Virus record (IMG/VR): IMGVR_UViG_3300005253_001115
Span: 202,641 to 266,640 of that record
Length of the DNA stretch: 64,000 nucleotides
Direction: 5' to 3' (one strand)
The position numbers and the translations under genes were made by a program. The notes under the pieces were generated by a model. It did not search any database and was not told the origin of the DNA. It saw only the letters and a list, made by a program, of their open reading frames with translations. Positions 21,401 through 30,190 of the stretch are shown here, in pieces; position 1 is the stretch's first letter, and the number at the start of each line of letters is the position of its first letter.

Positions 21401-21552
21401 GCGGAGTCGCTGGTGCCGTTGAAGAACATGGCGGCGTTGTGGTGCGTCTTGGACTGGGGGTTCGCCAAAAAACTGTTCGAGCGATTACACGACTGGGTAG
21501 GCTGGCCACCTCCGAGTAGTCGGTACGGGATATCTCCTGCAAGTCTAGGCAT
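18457..21552 (-). CDS. Protein with about four LamG/concanavalin-A-like jellyroll domains (probable virion or receptor-binding protein)
   Basis: Repeated WT(I/H)xxWxK...WxHxxxTW..YxNG...F.G.I...WxxAL units. Confidence 0.75.
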   Translation of the reverse strand: MPRLAGDIPYRLLGGGQPTQSCNRSNSFLANPQSKTHHNAAMFFNGTSDSAVISGDSDLNVTNAWTHMVWCAPTSLSPASNQTIYSMGTLNGGLTNSLDIAIETGGIFSVTMYNSGGTVFKKRQIAVEDTDTAGVDGFFFGVNSWHQIVVTWDGATLTVYRNGLNMNSYMTNVTDISGSQTNTLRSITAGNLHTPSLAQKFEGFIHSHAHWNLPLGQAEISTIYNAGSGTDVDFNLGHGDYVSNGNLETWYRYGDSPSSAVHTNFAPTAIPDVDSTQTAEKVRRSAPEGSFYRKDAAGTVGETDKFQGVGNAHTVAAWVKPTSLPAEGVTREVWRVTNGISNFDQIALSLVTSGGVSFWEYEFSNAAGTFNVLTGTTPVVEDQWYHILGCKQDTFSARFFVNGLDDLPPVIGGIVSTTNVSRSTHFLYDGRGVNDQFDGDLHSVALWSVPVTENGVKAVYSGGWKNLDLRVEHPCYGEAPSLVHWWVLGDPSASLTHPAGDTQFPDRVPGGYTISTEQTGVGAEMRNRGIIETSLVGNCADFDDTANLATATALPIGLVNSWTISAWIKPNDLSAGMQYPVFVGPAQAGLSANEITWQIDADDAQKPLILQVTDSAGTVLQRVRYNNLLVEGEWQHVTMVWFDNFITMYYNGGFVAPVVDTTNAGTMIDSSRFVELGGSNEVLAASAGLAFTGKISHVGMWDSALSANEARTVASLGHGLDLRYNKNEYVSGANLQHYHKLGEDTFLKGRDFMNTMRGINVRSMTVENGTVIVLGDAPGSVDGSSPTSFSLVFNGTDEYMTGGIAKDLGSVDAWSIMGWIKNDQITSSTFDVLWRATAAGNSITIQTKTPVLAQPNGRIQINANQPGGFEFKDLEWFNVIPDDTWIHFVFTYDGAVGGDPVTLYIDGVDQGVADSASKDNLGPQDNTIVRLVEIGGTAAFGGTEWPGVNHQMSMWSNALTAGEVTAIYNGGSTGFDLLTDSGSYVSSATLLHWWQLGQNIANIGEDTGNHSTLIDLSGVNMDVSNRTIDSP

Positions 21553-21916
21553 TCTTTTCCCATCTCCCGGGCTTTGGATTCTCTACCAGAAAAGACAGCA
21601 GGCCATTGAAGCTTCCATCGAATCTGTAACCCCTGTCGTCTACGTAAATTGCGGCCTCAGGCTTCTCAAGGCTCACCGGAATAGGGGGGAACCCCCAGTG
21701 TTGTAACCAATTCTCGATCGCTTCGACCCCGCCCGGCTCATTTGCTCTTGCGGAGAAGATCACCAGATTGTATCTTTGCCCCATCCACGCTACTGCGCCT
21801 TTGGCTCCGGGAACCGGCTTGCCCCCTGGGGTAGGAAAGTTCTCTTCTCGCTCTTTGTATTCGTGCAGCACACCGTCAAAGTCTAAAGCAATGGTGAGGT
21901 CTCGGTCGTAAGTCAC
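21545..21916 (-). CDS. HAD-superfamily phosphatase
   Basis: IALDFDGVL, FSAR, KP...YVDDR. Confidence 0.8.
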   Translation of the reverse strand: MTYDRDLTIALDFDGVLHEYKEREENFPTPGGKPVPGAKGAVAWMGQRYNLVIFSARANEPGGVEAIENWLQHWGFPPIPVSLEKPEAAIYVDDRGYRFDGSFNGLLSFLVENPKPGRWEKNA

Positions 21917-21977
21917 TTGATTCTCCGCTATTTGAAAGATAACAGGCCCTACCCCCTCTTTACTCTAAAGGAGTAGC

Positions 21978-22166
21978 ATGTCTAGAAAAGTCCAAATTCG
22001 GGTCGATCTCCCCCAGGAAGAATACGAGGCAGTCAAGCTGGTGGCGGGAAGCTCCGCTAGCGTCCCGGGCTACATGAGAAATGCTCTGAAGGAGCACATC
22101 GAGAGATGGCGAAGAAGTCTGGCTGGCACAAGCTCTTCGGTAGAGCCTACCACAAGGCAACGCTAA
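21978..22166 (+). CDS. Small ribbon-helix-helix-like protein
   Basis: Beta-strand KVQIRV followed by two helices; SD-like AAAGGAG upstream. Confidence 0.45.
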   Translation: MSRKVQIRVDLPQEEYEAVKLVAGSSASVPGYMRNALKEHIERWRRSLAGTSSSVEPTTRQR

Positions 22167-22396
22167 TGGCACCTGTGTATGAATATCTGTGTAACAAAGG
22201 CCACGAGACCGAGATAGAACAGCGAATCGTAGAGGATGCCCTCACGGTATGCCCTAAGAAGGGGTGCAGATGTAAGGCTAAGCGCCTGATTTCCCGAACG
22301 AATTTTCAGTTGAAGGGCAACGGCTGGTTCAACCAGGGCTACTCTGGTTCCAGCAACGTGGCCCCGACAACCAGGGCAAAAGCGAAGGGTAAATAG
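22166..22396 (+). CDS. FmdB-family zinc-ribbon protein
   Basis: MAPVYEYLC..GH...CP...RLIS..FQLKGNGWF. Confidence 0.8.
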   Translation: MAPVYEYLCNKGHETEIEQRIVEDALTVCPKKGCRCKAKRLISRTNFQLKGNGWFNQGYSGSSNVAPTTRAKAKGK

Positions 22397-22413
22397 GGGG
22401 TTATCTCTACGAT

Positions 22414-22776
22414 ATGTACTGGGGCGGTGTTACACCTGAAATGCTGGCAGCAATGCAGAGAGGCACCTATGTGTCTCCTGCCTCGAAGGAGGCGAAGGAG
22501 AAGGCTGAGCAAGTTGCTGCCGACGCCAAGAAAACGCCTGATGAGAAGTTGCGGGACGGGTTTCGGTCTTGCAAAGAGGCCGGAAAGAAGCTACCAAGAA
22601 GGCTCCTTGGGATCGTAGATCGCGAGACCGGAAAGATGACCGACCAGTACACTGTCATGGAAGGCCATGAGAAAGAAGTTTCCAAGATCATCATGGATGC
22701 GTTCCTAGAACAGCTTGACATTGAACTGCTGGAACGAGGCTTGATTGTAGATGAAAAGCAGGAACAAGCACGATAG
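22414..22776 (+). CDS. Hypothetical protein
   Basis: ORF preceded by the TTATCTCT-N5-ATG motif. Confidence 0.55.
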   Translation: MYWGGVTPEMLAAMQRGTYVSPASKEAKEKAEQVAADAKKTPDEKLRDGFRSCKEAGKKLPRRLLGIVDRETGKMTDQYTVMEGHEKEVSKIIMDAFLEQLDIELLERGLIVDEKQEQAR

Positions 22777-23010
22777 CTCATGCGCGTACTCGGAGGGGCT
22801 AGGGCCTTCAATCCCATCGCCCGAGGGATCATGCCCCTCTATGCGCTCCACTAACCCGATCCTGGGGACATTATCATGTCCCAGGCTCATCAAGAAGATC
22901 ATCTAAAATGTCCATCACCTGAAGACAGACACCGTAGCCGCGAGCCGCCCTAGTTGTTCGATACGATCAATGTACTCTGTACACCAATCGAACATCTAAG
23001 GAGCGCTAAA

Positions 23011-23451
23011 ATGCGTACTGAAACAATCCGTGAAAACGGCTACTTCTACATCAAAGTCAAGATCCTCTCCCTGGCCGCAGAGGCCAAAATCATCCGCAAA
23101 CAAGAGCAGAAGGCTCGCGCACACGGGAATCGTTCCCTGCGCATTGGCCTTGCCGACCACCGTCGGGGCATCGTGCGTCACGAGGCGCGTCATGCCCAAC
23201 TGGCGTATGGCTTCCTTCGTGGTATGCCCTACAAGAGGATGGAGGCCAAGTGCCACCCCGGTTGTGGGCCGGACTTCGCCAAGGTGAAGTCTTCCATCGA
23301 GCGGTACGTCTGTGCCCGCCGGGAGATCGGCACAGAAGTGGACGAGTACGGCTACACTGTCACTAAGTGGGAGCCCATCGAGGAGTTCAATGCGCGTAAG
23401 GCGCAGCTCCTAGCTGACTTCGACAAGTGGGTGGCCGAAGCCAAGGCGTAG
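23011..23451 (+). CDS. Phage hypothetical protein (SLAAEAKIIR...LAYGFLRG type)
   Basis: SD AAGGAG before ATG 23011; followed by a hairpin. Confidence 0.65.
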   Translation: MRTETIRENGYFYIKVKILSLAAEAKIIRKQEQKARAHGNRSLRIGLADHRRGIVRHEARHAQLAYGFLRGMPYKRMEAKCHPGCGPDFAKVKSSIERYVCARREIGTEVDEYGYTVTKWEPIEEFNARKAQLLADFDKWVAEAKA

Positions 23452-23458
23452 CGAGAAG

Positions 23459-23479
23459 CCCGGGAGGGTGCCTCCCGGG
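23459..23479. terminator. Hairpin between convergent genes
   Basis: cccgggagg-gtg-cctcccggg. Confidence 0.6.
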
Positions 23480-23483
23480 TTAC

Positions 23484-24113
23484 CTACCCCACGCGAGAGG
23501 TAAAGACGTACTGTGCCATCACAGTGCTTCGTCCCATGTAGCAATAGTATTCGTAGTCCCGATTGAACCAGATATCTCTTTCCTTCTGAGAAAGCTTCTC
23601 TCCCAAGTTGTGAATGAAGTCTTCGGAATTCCAGCGATCATTGGAATACGCTGGGTTATTCAGCATAACGTTGACGCATAGCATGGTATTAAACGGGCAC
23701 CTGTGCATAGTGTTTACGGTCATGCTAACCAGTGCTGACGAGATAGCTGTACTGGTGGTATCCAAATACACCAAGGCGGGGTTAAATGCTGACAGGTTCG
23801 TTGACAGCACCATATCCCACATGCCGTAAAACCATTCGGCCTCAGGCCAACACAGCCTGTTACCTAGAATGAACTCTTCATTGTTATCCACACCCCGAAG
23901 CTGCTCGGCGGTGGCCAAACCAGAAGCCACAATCTGTGCAGATTCAGAATTGGTTCTGGTTTGCTTGTTGCACAAGAACCAGTATTGGCGGTCCAGCGGA
24001 ATAACGTAACCGAACACTTTCATGTACAGATTGAACAGCCACGCTCGGGCCGCTATCTTTTCATCGTTGTTGTATTCTTCTAGCATATTATGCTCCTCTG
24101 GTGTTGAAGACAT
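23484..24113 (-). CDS. Hypothetical protein, possibly a Rossmann/MTase-like fold
   Basis: GVDNN and LVYLD resemble SAM-MTase strands 2 and 4; last gene of the helicase operon. Confidence 0.4.
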   Translation of the reverse strand: MSSTPEEHNMLEEYNNDEKIAARAWLFNLYMKVFGYVIPLDRQYWFLCNKQTRTNSESAQIVASGLATAEQLRGVDNNEEFILGNRLCWPEAEWFYGMWDMVLSTNLSAFNPALVYLDTTSTAISSALVSMTVNTMHRCPFNTMLCVNVMLNNPAYSNDRWNSEDFIHNLGEKLSQKERDIWFNRDYEYYCYMGRSTVMAQYVFTSRVG

Positions 24114-24954
24114 CAGTGTATCCTCGTTTTTTAGCGAGCTTCAAGAGCTTAGGTCCGTAGAGAGGCCAACCATCTTTGTTGTTCTTTTTCTTCTCTCTCA
24201 TAGTAGAGAGCTTATTTCCTAGGGACTTCTCTACATGATCCTTAGAGACAGTGCTAGGAGCCCTGTCTTCGTGAGAATTCATCCACAGGAAAAGCTCTTC
24301 AGCCCATTCTAGAGCTTCACGGGTTAGATCGACCCTATTGAAAACAGCAGGGTAACCCCGTTTCTTAGCAAGCTTCATGAGCTTAGAACCATAGATAAGC
24401 CAGCCTCTTTTGTTGTTCTTTTTGATGTCTCTCATAGTAGAGAGTTTGCTTCCGAGAGCTTTCTCTACTGTGTCTTTAGACACAGCGCTAGGAGTCTTAC
24501 TTTCGTGAGAATCCATCCACTCGAAAAGTTCTTCGGCCCGGGCCATAGCTACCTTGGTAAGATCGGTTCTGTTGAAGACATCAAGATAACCACGTTTTTT
24601 AGAGAGCTTTAGAAGCTCTGATCCGTAGATAGGCCAGCCCTCTTTGTTGTTCTTCTTGTTGGTTCTCATCTTAGAAAGCTTTCTACCTAGAACCTTTTCT
24701 GTCCGGTCTTTGGATTTCTGACTAGGAATCTTGCCTCCGTGGGAATCCATAAAGGAGAAAAGAGTTTTGGCCCACTCTATCGCTGAAGCAGTAAGATCCC
24801 CATCAGAGTCAGACAAGAACCACGCCAAGTCTTCGGCGTTTCTTTCCCAATACACCATGTCTTCGGGTCTATGTGAAGACGGCAAGCCTTTGTCGTACCT
24901 GTGTCTCTGGTTCCTAAGGTACACGGCGTAGTTGTCGTATGCTTCAGTGTTCAT
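24088..24954 (-). CDS. Helicase-associated (HA)-like repeat protein, 3 repeats
   Basis: About 79-aa repeat W..ELF.WMDSH.GK.PS..SKD..EK.LG.KLS.MR. Confidence 0.7.
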   Translation of the reverse strand: MNTEAYDNYAVYLRNQRHRYDKGLPSSHRPEDMVYWERNAEDLAWFLSDSDGDLTASAIEWAKTLFSFMDSHGGKIPSQKSKDRTEKVLGRKLSKMRTNKKNNKEGWPIYGSELLKLSKKRGYLDVFNRTDLTKVAMARAEELFEWMDSHESKTPSAVSKDTVEKALGSKLSTMRDIKKNNKRGWLIYGSKLMKLAKKRGYPAVFNRVDLTREALEWAEELFLWMNSHEDRAPSTVSKDHVEKSLGNKLSTMREKKKNNKDGWPLYGPKLLKLAKKRGYTDVFNTRGA

Positions 24955-25826
24955 CTGGAGCCTCTGGTGTTGAAGACACGGGGATAACCACGTTGCTTAG
25001 CAAGCTTCAACAGTTTTGCACCGTAGGTGGTCCAACCATCTTTGTTGTTCTTTTTTCTTCTTTTCATATTAGAAAGCTTAGTTCCTAGAACCTTTTCTAC
25101 TGGGTCTGTAGACATCTGGCTGGGAGCCTTTCCACCGTGGGAATCCATCCAATCAAAAATCTCACCAGCTCCCTTTAGGGCTTCACTGTTTAGATCAATA
25201 GTGTCAAAGACATCTTGGTAACCACGTTTCTTAGCGAGCTTCAAGAGCTTAGGTCCGTAGAGTTTCCAACCACCCCTGTTGTTCTTTTTCTTCCTTCTCA
25301 TGTCGGAGAGCTTACTTCCTAGAGCTTTTTCTACCGGGTCTTTAGAAGACATTCTAGGAGTTTTTTCGTCGTGAGAGTCCATCCAACCGAAAAGCTCTTT
25401 TGCCCACTCTAGAGCTTCTCTGGTTAGATCTGTGGTGTTGAAGACATCAGGGTAACCACGTTTCTTAGCGAGCGTCAGAAGCTCTGATCCGTAGGTAGTA
25501 GTCCAACCACCCCTGTTGTTCTTTTTGTTATGTCTCCAATATGACAGCTTAGTTCCTAGAACCTTTTCTACTTGGTCTATAGACCCCTGGGTGGGAGCCT
25601 TTCCGCCGTGGGAATCCATCCAATCAAAAACCTCACCAGCTCCCCTTAGAGCTGAGGTAACAAGTCCCACGTCAGTGTCGGACAAGAACCACGCCAAGTC
25701 CTCAGGATTCCTTTCCCAGTACACTATGTCTTCTGGTTTGTGCGAAGACGGCAAGCCGTTGTCATACCGGCGTCTCTGGTTCCTCAAGTGTAGAGCATAG
25801 TTGTCGTATTTGTCGGAGGCTAGCAT
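24951..25826 (-). CDS. HA-like repeat protein, 3 repeats
   Basis: Paralogue of its neighbours with the same N-terminal leader and repeats. Confidence 0.7.
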   Translation of the reverse strand: MLASDKYDNYALHLRNQRRRYDNGLPSSHKPEDIVYWERNPEDLAWFLSDTDVGLVTSALRGAGEVFDWMDSHGGKAPTQGSIDQVEKVLGTKLSYWRHNKKNNRGGWTTTYGSELLTLAKKRGYPDVFNTTDLTREALEWAKELFGWMDSHDEKTPRMSSKDPVEKALGSKLSDMRRKKKNNRGGWKLYGPKLLKLAKKRGYQDVFDTIDLNSEALKGAGEIFDWMDSHGGKAPSQMSTDPVEKVLGTKLSNMKRRKKNNKDGWTTYGAKLLKLAKQRGYPRVFNTRGSR

Positions 25827-27178
25827 TTGGAGCCTCCGGTATTGAAGACACAGGGGTAACCTCGTTGCTTGGCGAGCTTCAGAAGCTTAGAACCGTAGGT
25901 GGTCCAACCATTTTTGTTGTTCTTTTTGTTCTTTCTCATATTGGAGAGCTTAATCCCTAAAGCCTTTTCTACTGGGTCTTTGGACCTCCTGCTAGGAAAT
26001 TTCTCTTCGTGAGCATACATCCAATCGAAAAGTTCGTCAGCCCACTCTAGAGCCTCGCTGGTTAGATCAACCCTGTTGAAGACACGGGGGTAACCACGTT
26101 TCTTAGCAAGCTTCAAGAGCTTAGAGCCGTAGGTAGTCCAGCCATCTTTGTTGTTCTTTTTGTTCTTTCTCATATTGGAGAGCTTACTGATAAGAGCTTT
26201 TTCCACTGGATCTTTGGACCTTTCCTTAGGAACTTTGCCTCCATGGGAAGCCATCCAATCAAAAAGCTCCTCTGCCCATATTAGAGCCTCGCTGGTTAGA
26301 TCAACCCTGTTGAAGACACGGGGGTAACCACGTTTCTTAGCAAGCTTCAAGAGCTTAGAACCATAGGTAGTCCATCCTCTATCGTTATTCTTTTTGATCT
26401 GTTTCATAGCGGAGAGCTTGACCCCTAAAGACTTTTCTACAGGGTCTTTAGCCGTCGTAATTGGAGCTTTACCTTCGTGCGAGTCCATCCAAAGGAAAAG
26501 CTCTTCAGCCCACTCTAGAGCGTTATAGGTTAGATCAGCCATGTTGAAAACATCAGGATAATCACGTTTCTTAGCAAGCTTCAGAAGCTCTGATCCGTAG
26601 ATGGGCCAGCCTCTATTGTTGCTCATTTGATTCTGCCTCATAGTAGAAAGCTTACTACCTAGAGATTTTTCTATAAGATCTTTGGACTTCTTGCTAGGAA
26701 GCTTGTCCTCGTGCGAGTCCATCCAAAGGAAAAGCTCTTCAGCCCACTCTAGAGTTTCGCTGATGGGGTCACGACTATTGAAAACATCAGGATAACCCCG
26801 CTTCTTAGCGCTCTTTAAGAGGCTGGAACCGTAGGTAGTCCAACCATTTTTGTTGCTTTTTTTATCTTGTTTCGTATTGGAGAGCTTACTACCTAGAGCT
26901 TTTTCTACAGGGTCTTTGCTTCCATCGCGGGGAGCCTTGCCCTCGTTAGAGTCCATCCAAAGGAAAAGCTCTTCAGCCCGCTCTAGAGCTGAAGCGGTAA
27001 GGTCCCCACTAGAGTCAGACAAGAACCATGCTAGGTCTTCGGCGTTTCTTTCCCAGTACACGATGTCTTCGGGTATGTGAGAAGATGGCAAGCCATTTTC
27101 GTACCTGACACGCTCGTTGCGCAGGAACTTAGCCTTGGCGTCGAAAAAGTCTTCCTTGCTCTTCTCAGTCCTACGCAT
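25820..27178 (-). CDS. HA-like repeat protein, 5 repeats
   Basis: Paralogue of the two downstream genes. Confidence 0.7.
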   Translation of the reverse strand: MRRTEKSKEDFFDAKAKFLRNERVRYENGLPSSHIPEDIVYWERNAEDLAWFLSDSSGDLTASALERAEELFLWMDSNEGKAPRDGSKDPVEKALGSKLSNTKQDKKSNKNGWTTYGSSLLKSAKKRGYPDVFNSRDPISETLEWAEELFLWMDSHEDKLPSKKSKDLIEKSLGSKLSTMRQNQMSNNRGWPIYGSELLKLAKKRDYPDVFNMADLTYNALEWAEELFLWMDSHEGKAPITTAKDPVEKSLGVKLSAMKQIKKNNDRGWTTYGSKLLKLAKKRGYPRVFNRVDLTSEALIWAEELFDWMASHGGKVPKERSKDPVEKALISKLSNMRKNKKNNKDGWTTYGSKLLKLAKKRGYPRVFNRVDLTSEALEWADELFDWMYAHEEKFPSRRSKDPVEKALGIKLSNMRKNKKNNKNGWTTYGSKLLKLAKQRGYPCVFNTGGSKC

Positions 27179-29057
27179 TGGAGGGCCTTATTCTCTTACG
27201 GTCCCAGAACTCATCACGCCAGTCCTTGCAAATTTCGTAGAACTTCTTCAACTCTTTCTCTGAAAAGCTTCCGTAGTGTGTGGTCTTGTCCTTATCAATC
27301 CTCTCGAACAACACCTCACCGTATTTCTTCAAGAACTCAGCAAGCTCTTTGTAGCAGGCCACACGGATCTTCTTGGCACCGAACAAATTCAAGAGCTTGA
27401 GCTTGAAATGGTCGGCAGCATGCTGCATGTGCTCCTCTGGGGTGTTGTATTGCACCAAGAGCTTCTCGATAAACAGGACTATATGCTCCATGTCCGTCAG
27501 ACCCTCGGGCTTCGGGGCACATCTATACTCTTCCAGAACAGCCCCCAGAAGCCTCTGGTACACCTCATGACCGTACATATCCTCGATTGTAGTGGCGTCG
27601 GGATCGCTCTCGCCCCGAGCTGACTTAGTTTTCATCGAAGGCAGCATACAAGGGTACGCCAAATTATCAACAATCAGGAAGAACAGCAGAATACGAGTAC
27701 GGTGCCCCAGAAGCTCCGCTCGGCTAGAGCAGCCTTTAGGGATTACGAACTTGGGAATGTAAGCCACGTACTTGACTGTAGTCTTTCCGTGAAACGATCG
27801 GAACATTCGACCCATCGTCTGGATGTTGTTCGTAATGGACTTCTTGGGAGCCGACTCGTGAATACGGTCGCAAATGACCCAATCTGTACCCTCACGCACG
27901 ATGTCGCAAGCAACCACGATGTCGAAAGCGTGCGCGTCCCCTCGCTGGAGAGCTTCGTTGTCCTCCAGCAAAAGGTGCTTGTTAAAGTCTCGTTCGGATG
28001 CTGACAACCCTTCTCTGATTACCAGATCACAAATTCGCCCAGGCTTTAGAGCCTTGAGCCCTTTGATTAGCTTTCGCAGTAGCTTTTCTCCCTTGGCACC
28101 CTTCCTCCACGCTTCTCCCGTTCGCGGACAAGGCAGCAGGTGATATCTGTTAGGCTCCTGTGCTACAGCGTCAAGCATCATCTGCACAGGGTCTCTATTG
28201 TACTCCGTGTATTCCATCTTGAATGATCGAATACCCAAAGTCTTCCAGTTGTCCAGCCATTTGTGTTCGTACACCGTGAACTGTACGTCGTCCGGGAAGA
28301 TCTTCTGGCAATCCCCACGAAACGGAGTAGCAGTGCTGTAGCAGACCTTGTACGACTTGCACCGGCTAGCGAACAAAAACCGATAGAATCGCCCCAGACC
28401 GTTAATGTCTGATTCGTCAGAAGAGGCAATGTGGTGCATTTCGTCGGGGCGGAATGTGGTGTTCTTGGGGATGCTATTGAGGCGCGCTCTTGCGGCCTTT
28501 CGCTCAGCCGCGCTCCCTTCCAGGGTCCGTGCCACCAATCTGTCGAACACAGCAACCAGTAGCGCATTTGAACATACTGCCACGAGCCCCCTGAAGCTGT
28601 CAGGGTCCTTACATGCTCCACGCTTTGCGGCGGACGTAAGGCACATCCAGTGCTCCAGAGCGTCCATCTTGGACTCTAAAGAGGAAAAGTCTCGCGTGAA
28701 GTTCTCGCTGTCGCTCACCATGTATTTGTATACTGGACCATCAACATCAAATTGGAAGTCTTGCTTCTTGACGAAGCCGAAGCCAATGTGCAGTTGGGGG
28801 ACTGGGATCAACTGGGCTTGGGTGAAGTTACTATCCACCATGTCTAGAATTGACATGAAGATCTGAAATGTGGTCTTACCACATCCGCAGGGTGCAATTA
28901 TCCCACACAAGCGGCAGCCATGCAGAGCTTCAACGCCCATTCGCTGCCATTCGCGAGGCCAACGCTTCTTCATGTATTCGGAGAAAGAGGGGAGTGGAGG
29001 CTTGTGCAGTTTCCAGTCCGGGTTGTCCAGAGCAACTGTAGCGAGATTCTTTGGCAT
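27171..29057 (-). CDS. Superfamily 2 (Res-like) helicase/ATPase
   Basis: APCGCGKT, DEMHH, STATP, EGTD, QTMGR. Confidence 0.8.
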   Translation of the reverse strand: MPKNLATVALDNPDWKLHKPPLPSFSEYMKKRWPREWQRMGVEALHGCRLCGIIAPCGCGKTTFQIFMSILDMVDSNFTQAQLIPVPQLHIGFGFVKKQDFQFDVDGPVYKYMVSDSENFTRDFSSLESKMDALEHWMCLTSAAKRGACKDPDSFRGLVAVCSNALLVAVFDRLVARTLEGSAAERKAARARLNSIPKNTTFRPDEMHHIASSDESDINGLGRFYRFLFASRCKSYKVCYSTATPFRGDCQKIFPDDVQFTVYEHKWLDNWKTLGIRSFKMEYTEYNRDPVQMMLDAVAQEPNRYHLLPCPRTGEAWRKGAKGEKLLRKLIKGLKALKPGRICDLVIREGLSASERDFNKHLLLEDNEALQRGDAHAFDIVVACDIVREGTDWVICDRIHESAPKKSITNNIQTMGRMFRSFHGKTTVKYVAYIPKFVIPKGCSSRAELLGHRTRILLFFLIVDNLAYPCMLPSMKTKSARGESDPDATTIEDMYGHEVYQRLLGAVLEEYRCAPKPEGLTDMEHIVLFIEKLLVQYNTPEEHMQHAADHFKLKLLNLFGAKKIRVACYKELAEFLKKYGEVLFERIDKDKTTHYGSFSEKELKKFYEICKDWRDEFWDRKRIRPSNA

Positions 29058-29067
29058 GTCAGGTATA

Positions 29068-29092
29068 TCGACCCCGAGCTGAGAATCTTGAG
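29068..29092 (-). promoter_or_regulatory. Sigma28-like phage promoter (CTCAAG-N15-TCGA, 10 nt before ATG)
   Basis: One of 13 copies of CT(C/A)A(A/T)G-N15/16-(C/T)CGA upstream of minus-strand starts. Confidence 0.65.
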
Positions 29093-29130
29093 CTAAATCT
29101 TAGACAAGTGGCTGCTGAGACGAAAGAAAC

Positions 29131-29151
29131 GGCCCCGGGAGACCGGGGGCC
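29131..29151 (-). terminator. GC-rich hairpin downstream of 29165-30190
   Basis: ggccccgg...ccgggggcc, followed by GUUUCUUU on the minus strand. Confidence 0.55.
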
Positions 29152-29164
29152 ACGGGCGCGTCGC

Positions 29165-30190
29165 CTAGGAAAGGAGCTTTTCAATCCTCTCTTCCGTTCG
29201 TTCGCGCTTCCCGCTCTTTCCCGACGTGATGTCAGGGATCAACCCATCCAGCTTGAAGCCGTGCTTGTTGAGCTTCGCCGCGAAAATCTTCGTGGACCGG
29301 ACGCTCAGGCACTTTTTGCCAGCGACGTGCCACATCATCAGCAGCCCGATGAAAGCCGTCTTTTTGAGAGGGATGGCACCAGAGTTCTTGTCCACATTGG
29401 CGCAAACACCCTCGATCCACTGCATCGCAGCAATGATCTTCTGGCGATTGGCGGGGGAAAGGCCAACAGGGGAGACGGTAGCGGACTCGCCTGCCTGCGG
29501 ACCCACCTGACTACGCAAAGGAAACACATCTGAATAGTTGCCGGATACGGGAACGCTTCCCCTGGTCGCCAGGTACTCGATGATGTAAGCAAGCTGGATG
29601 GTCTCCGTCTTTCCTACTTGGGCGATGCCCGCCCTGATCGCCATGTCTAGGATGATATCCCCGTAGCGAAGAAGGGGATTGGAGGTCTTCTCACCCGTGT
29701 TGTGCGACCGGTTGGTATTGAGGATCGAGTAGACTTGCTGGAACTCCGTAGCAGGAACAATGGAAAGCGAAACAACAGTCCGCAGGTCGGAGGCCGACAA
29801 CACACCTGCCTCGTAGGCTGCCATCAGCCCGCCAATGGTTCGATTGTGTCCATCAGCCAGCTTGATGTAAGGCTTTCCCTGCTCGTCCTTGAACACGGCC
29901 CCTGTGATTTGTCCGAAGGCTGCCGCACAGAAGTCCGAGACCATCTTTTTGATGAGCCTGGGACTGAATTGGTCTCCAGTCCCTCGATTGAACTCGAACG
30001 GCTTGATGCGCCTGTGAATGATGTTCTGGATCAGAGCGTCCAGAGTAAACACCCAAAGGTTTTTGGAGCCACCTTCTTTGATAGAAGCCGCTTTGGCGAA
30101 GCCAGGAGTGAGGGGAAAATCGTGCAGACAGTCGAACCCTTTGATGGCTTTCGCAGCCGCTTCTACGTCAATGTAGGTCTTACCACTCAT
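29165..30190 (-). CDS. ParB/DGQHR-like domain protein
   Basis: FNRG...KKMV, LADGHNRT, Y..LN. Confidence 0.55.
   Translation of the reverse strand: MSGKTYIDVEAAAKAIKGFDCLHDFPLTPGFAKAASIKEGGSKNLWVFTLDALIQNIIHRRIKPFEFNRGTGDQFSPRLIKKMVSDFCAAAFGQITGAVFKDEQGKPYIKLADGHNRTIGGLMAAYEAGVLSASDLRTVVSLSIVPATEFQQVYSILNTNRSHNTGEKTSNPLLRYGDIILDMAIRAGIAQVGKTETIQLAYIIEYLATRGSVPVSGNYSDVFPLRSQVGPQAGESATVSPVGLSPANRQKIIAAMQWIEGVCANVDKNSGAIPLKKTAFIGLLMMWHVAGKKCLSVRSTKIFAAKLNKHGFKLDGLIPDITSGKSGKRERTEERIEKLLS

Noticed and set aside
22780-22955. Structured leader upstream of 23011
   Set aside because: A few hairpins are visible, but there is no recognisable motif or second copy.
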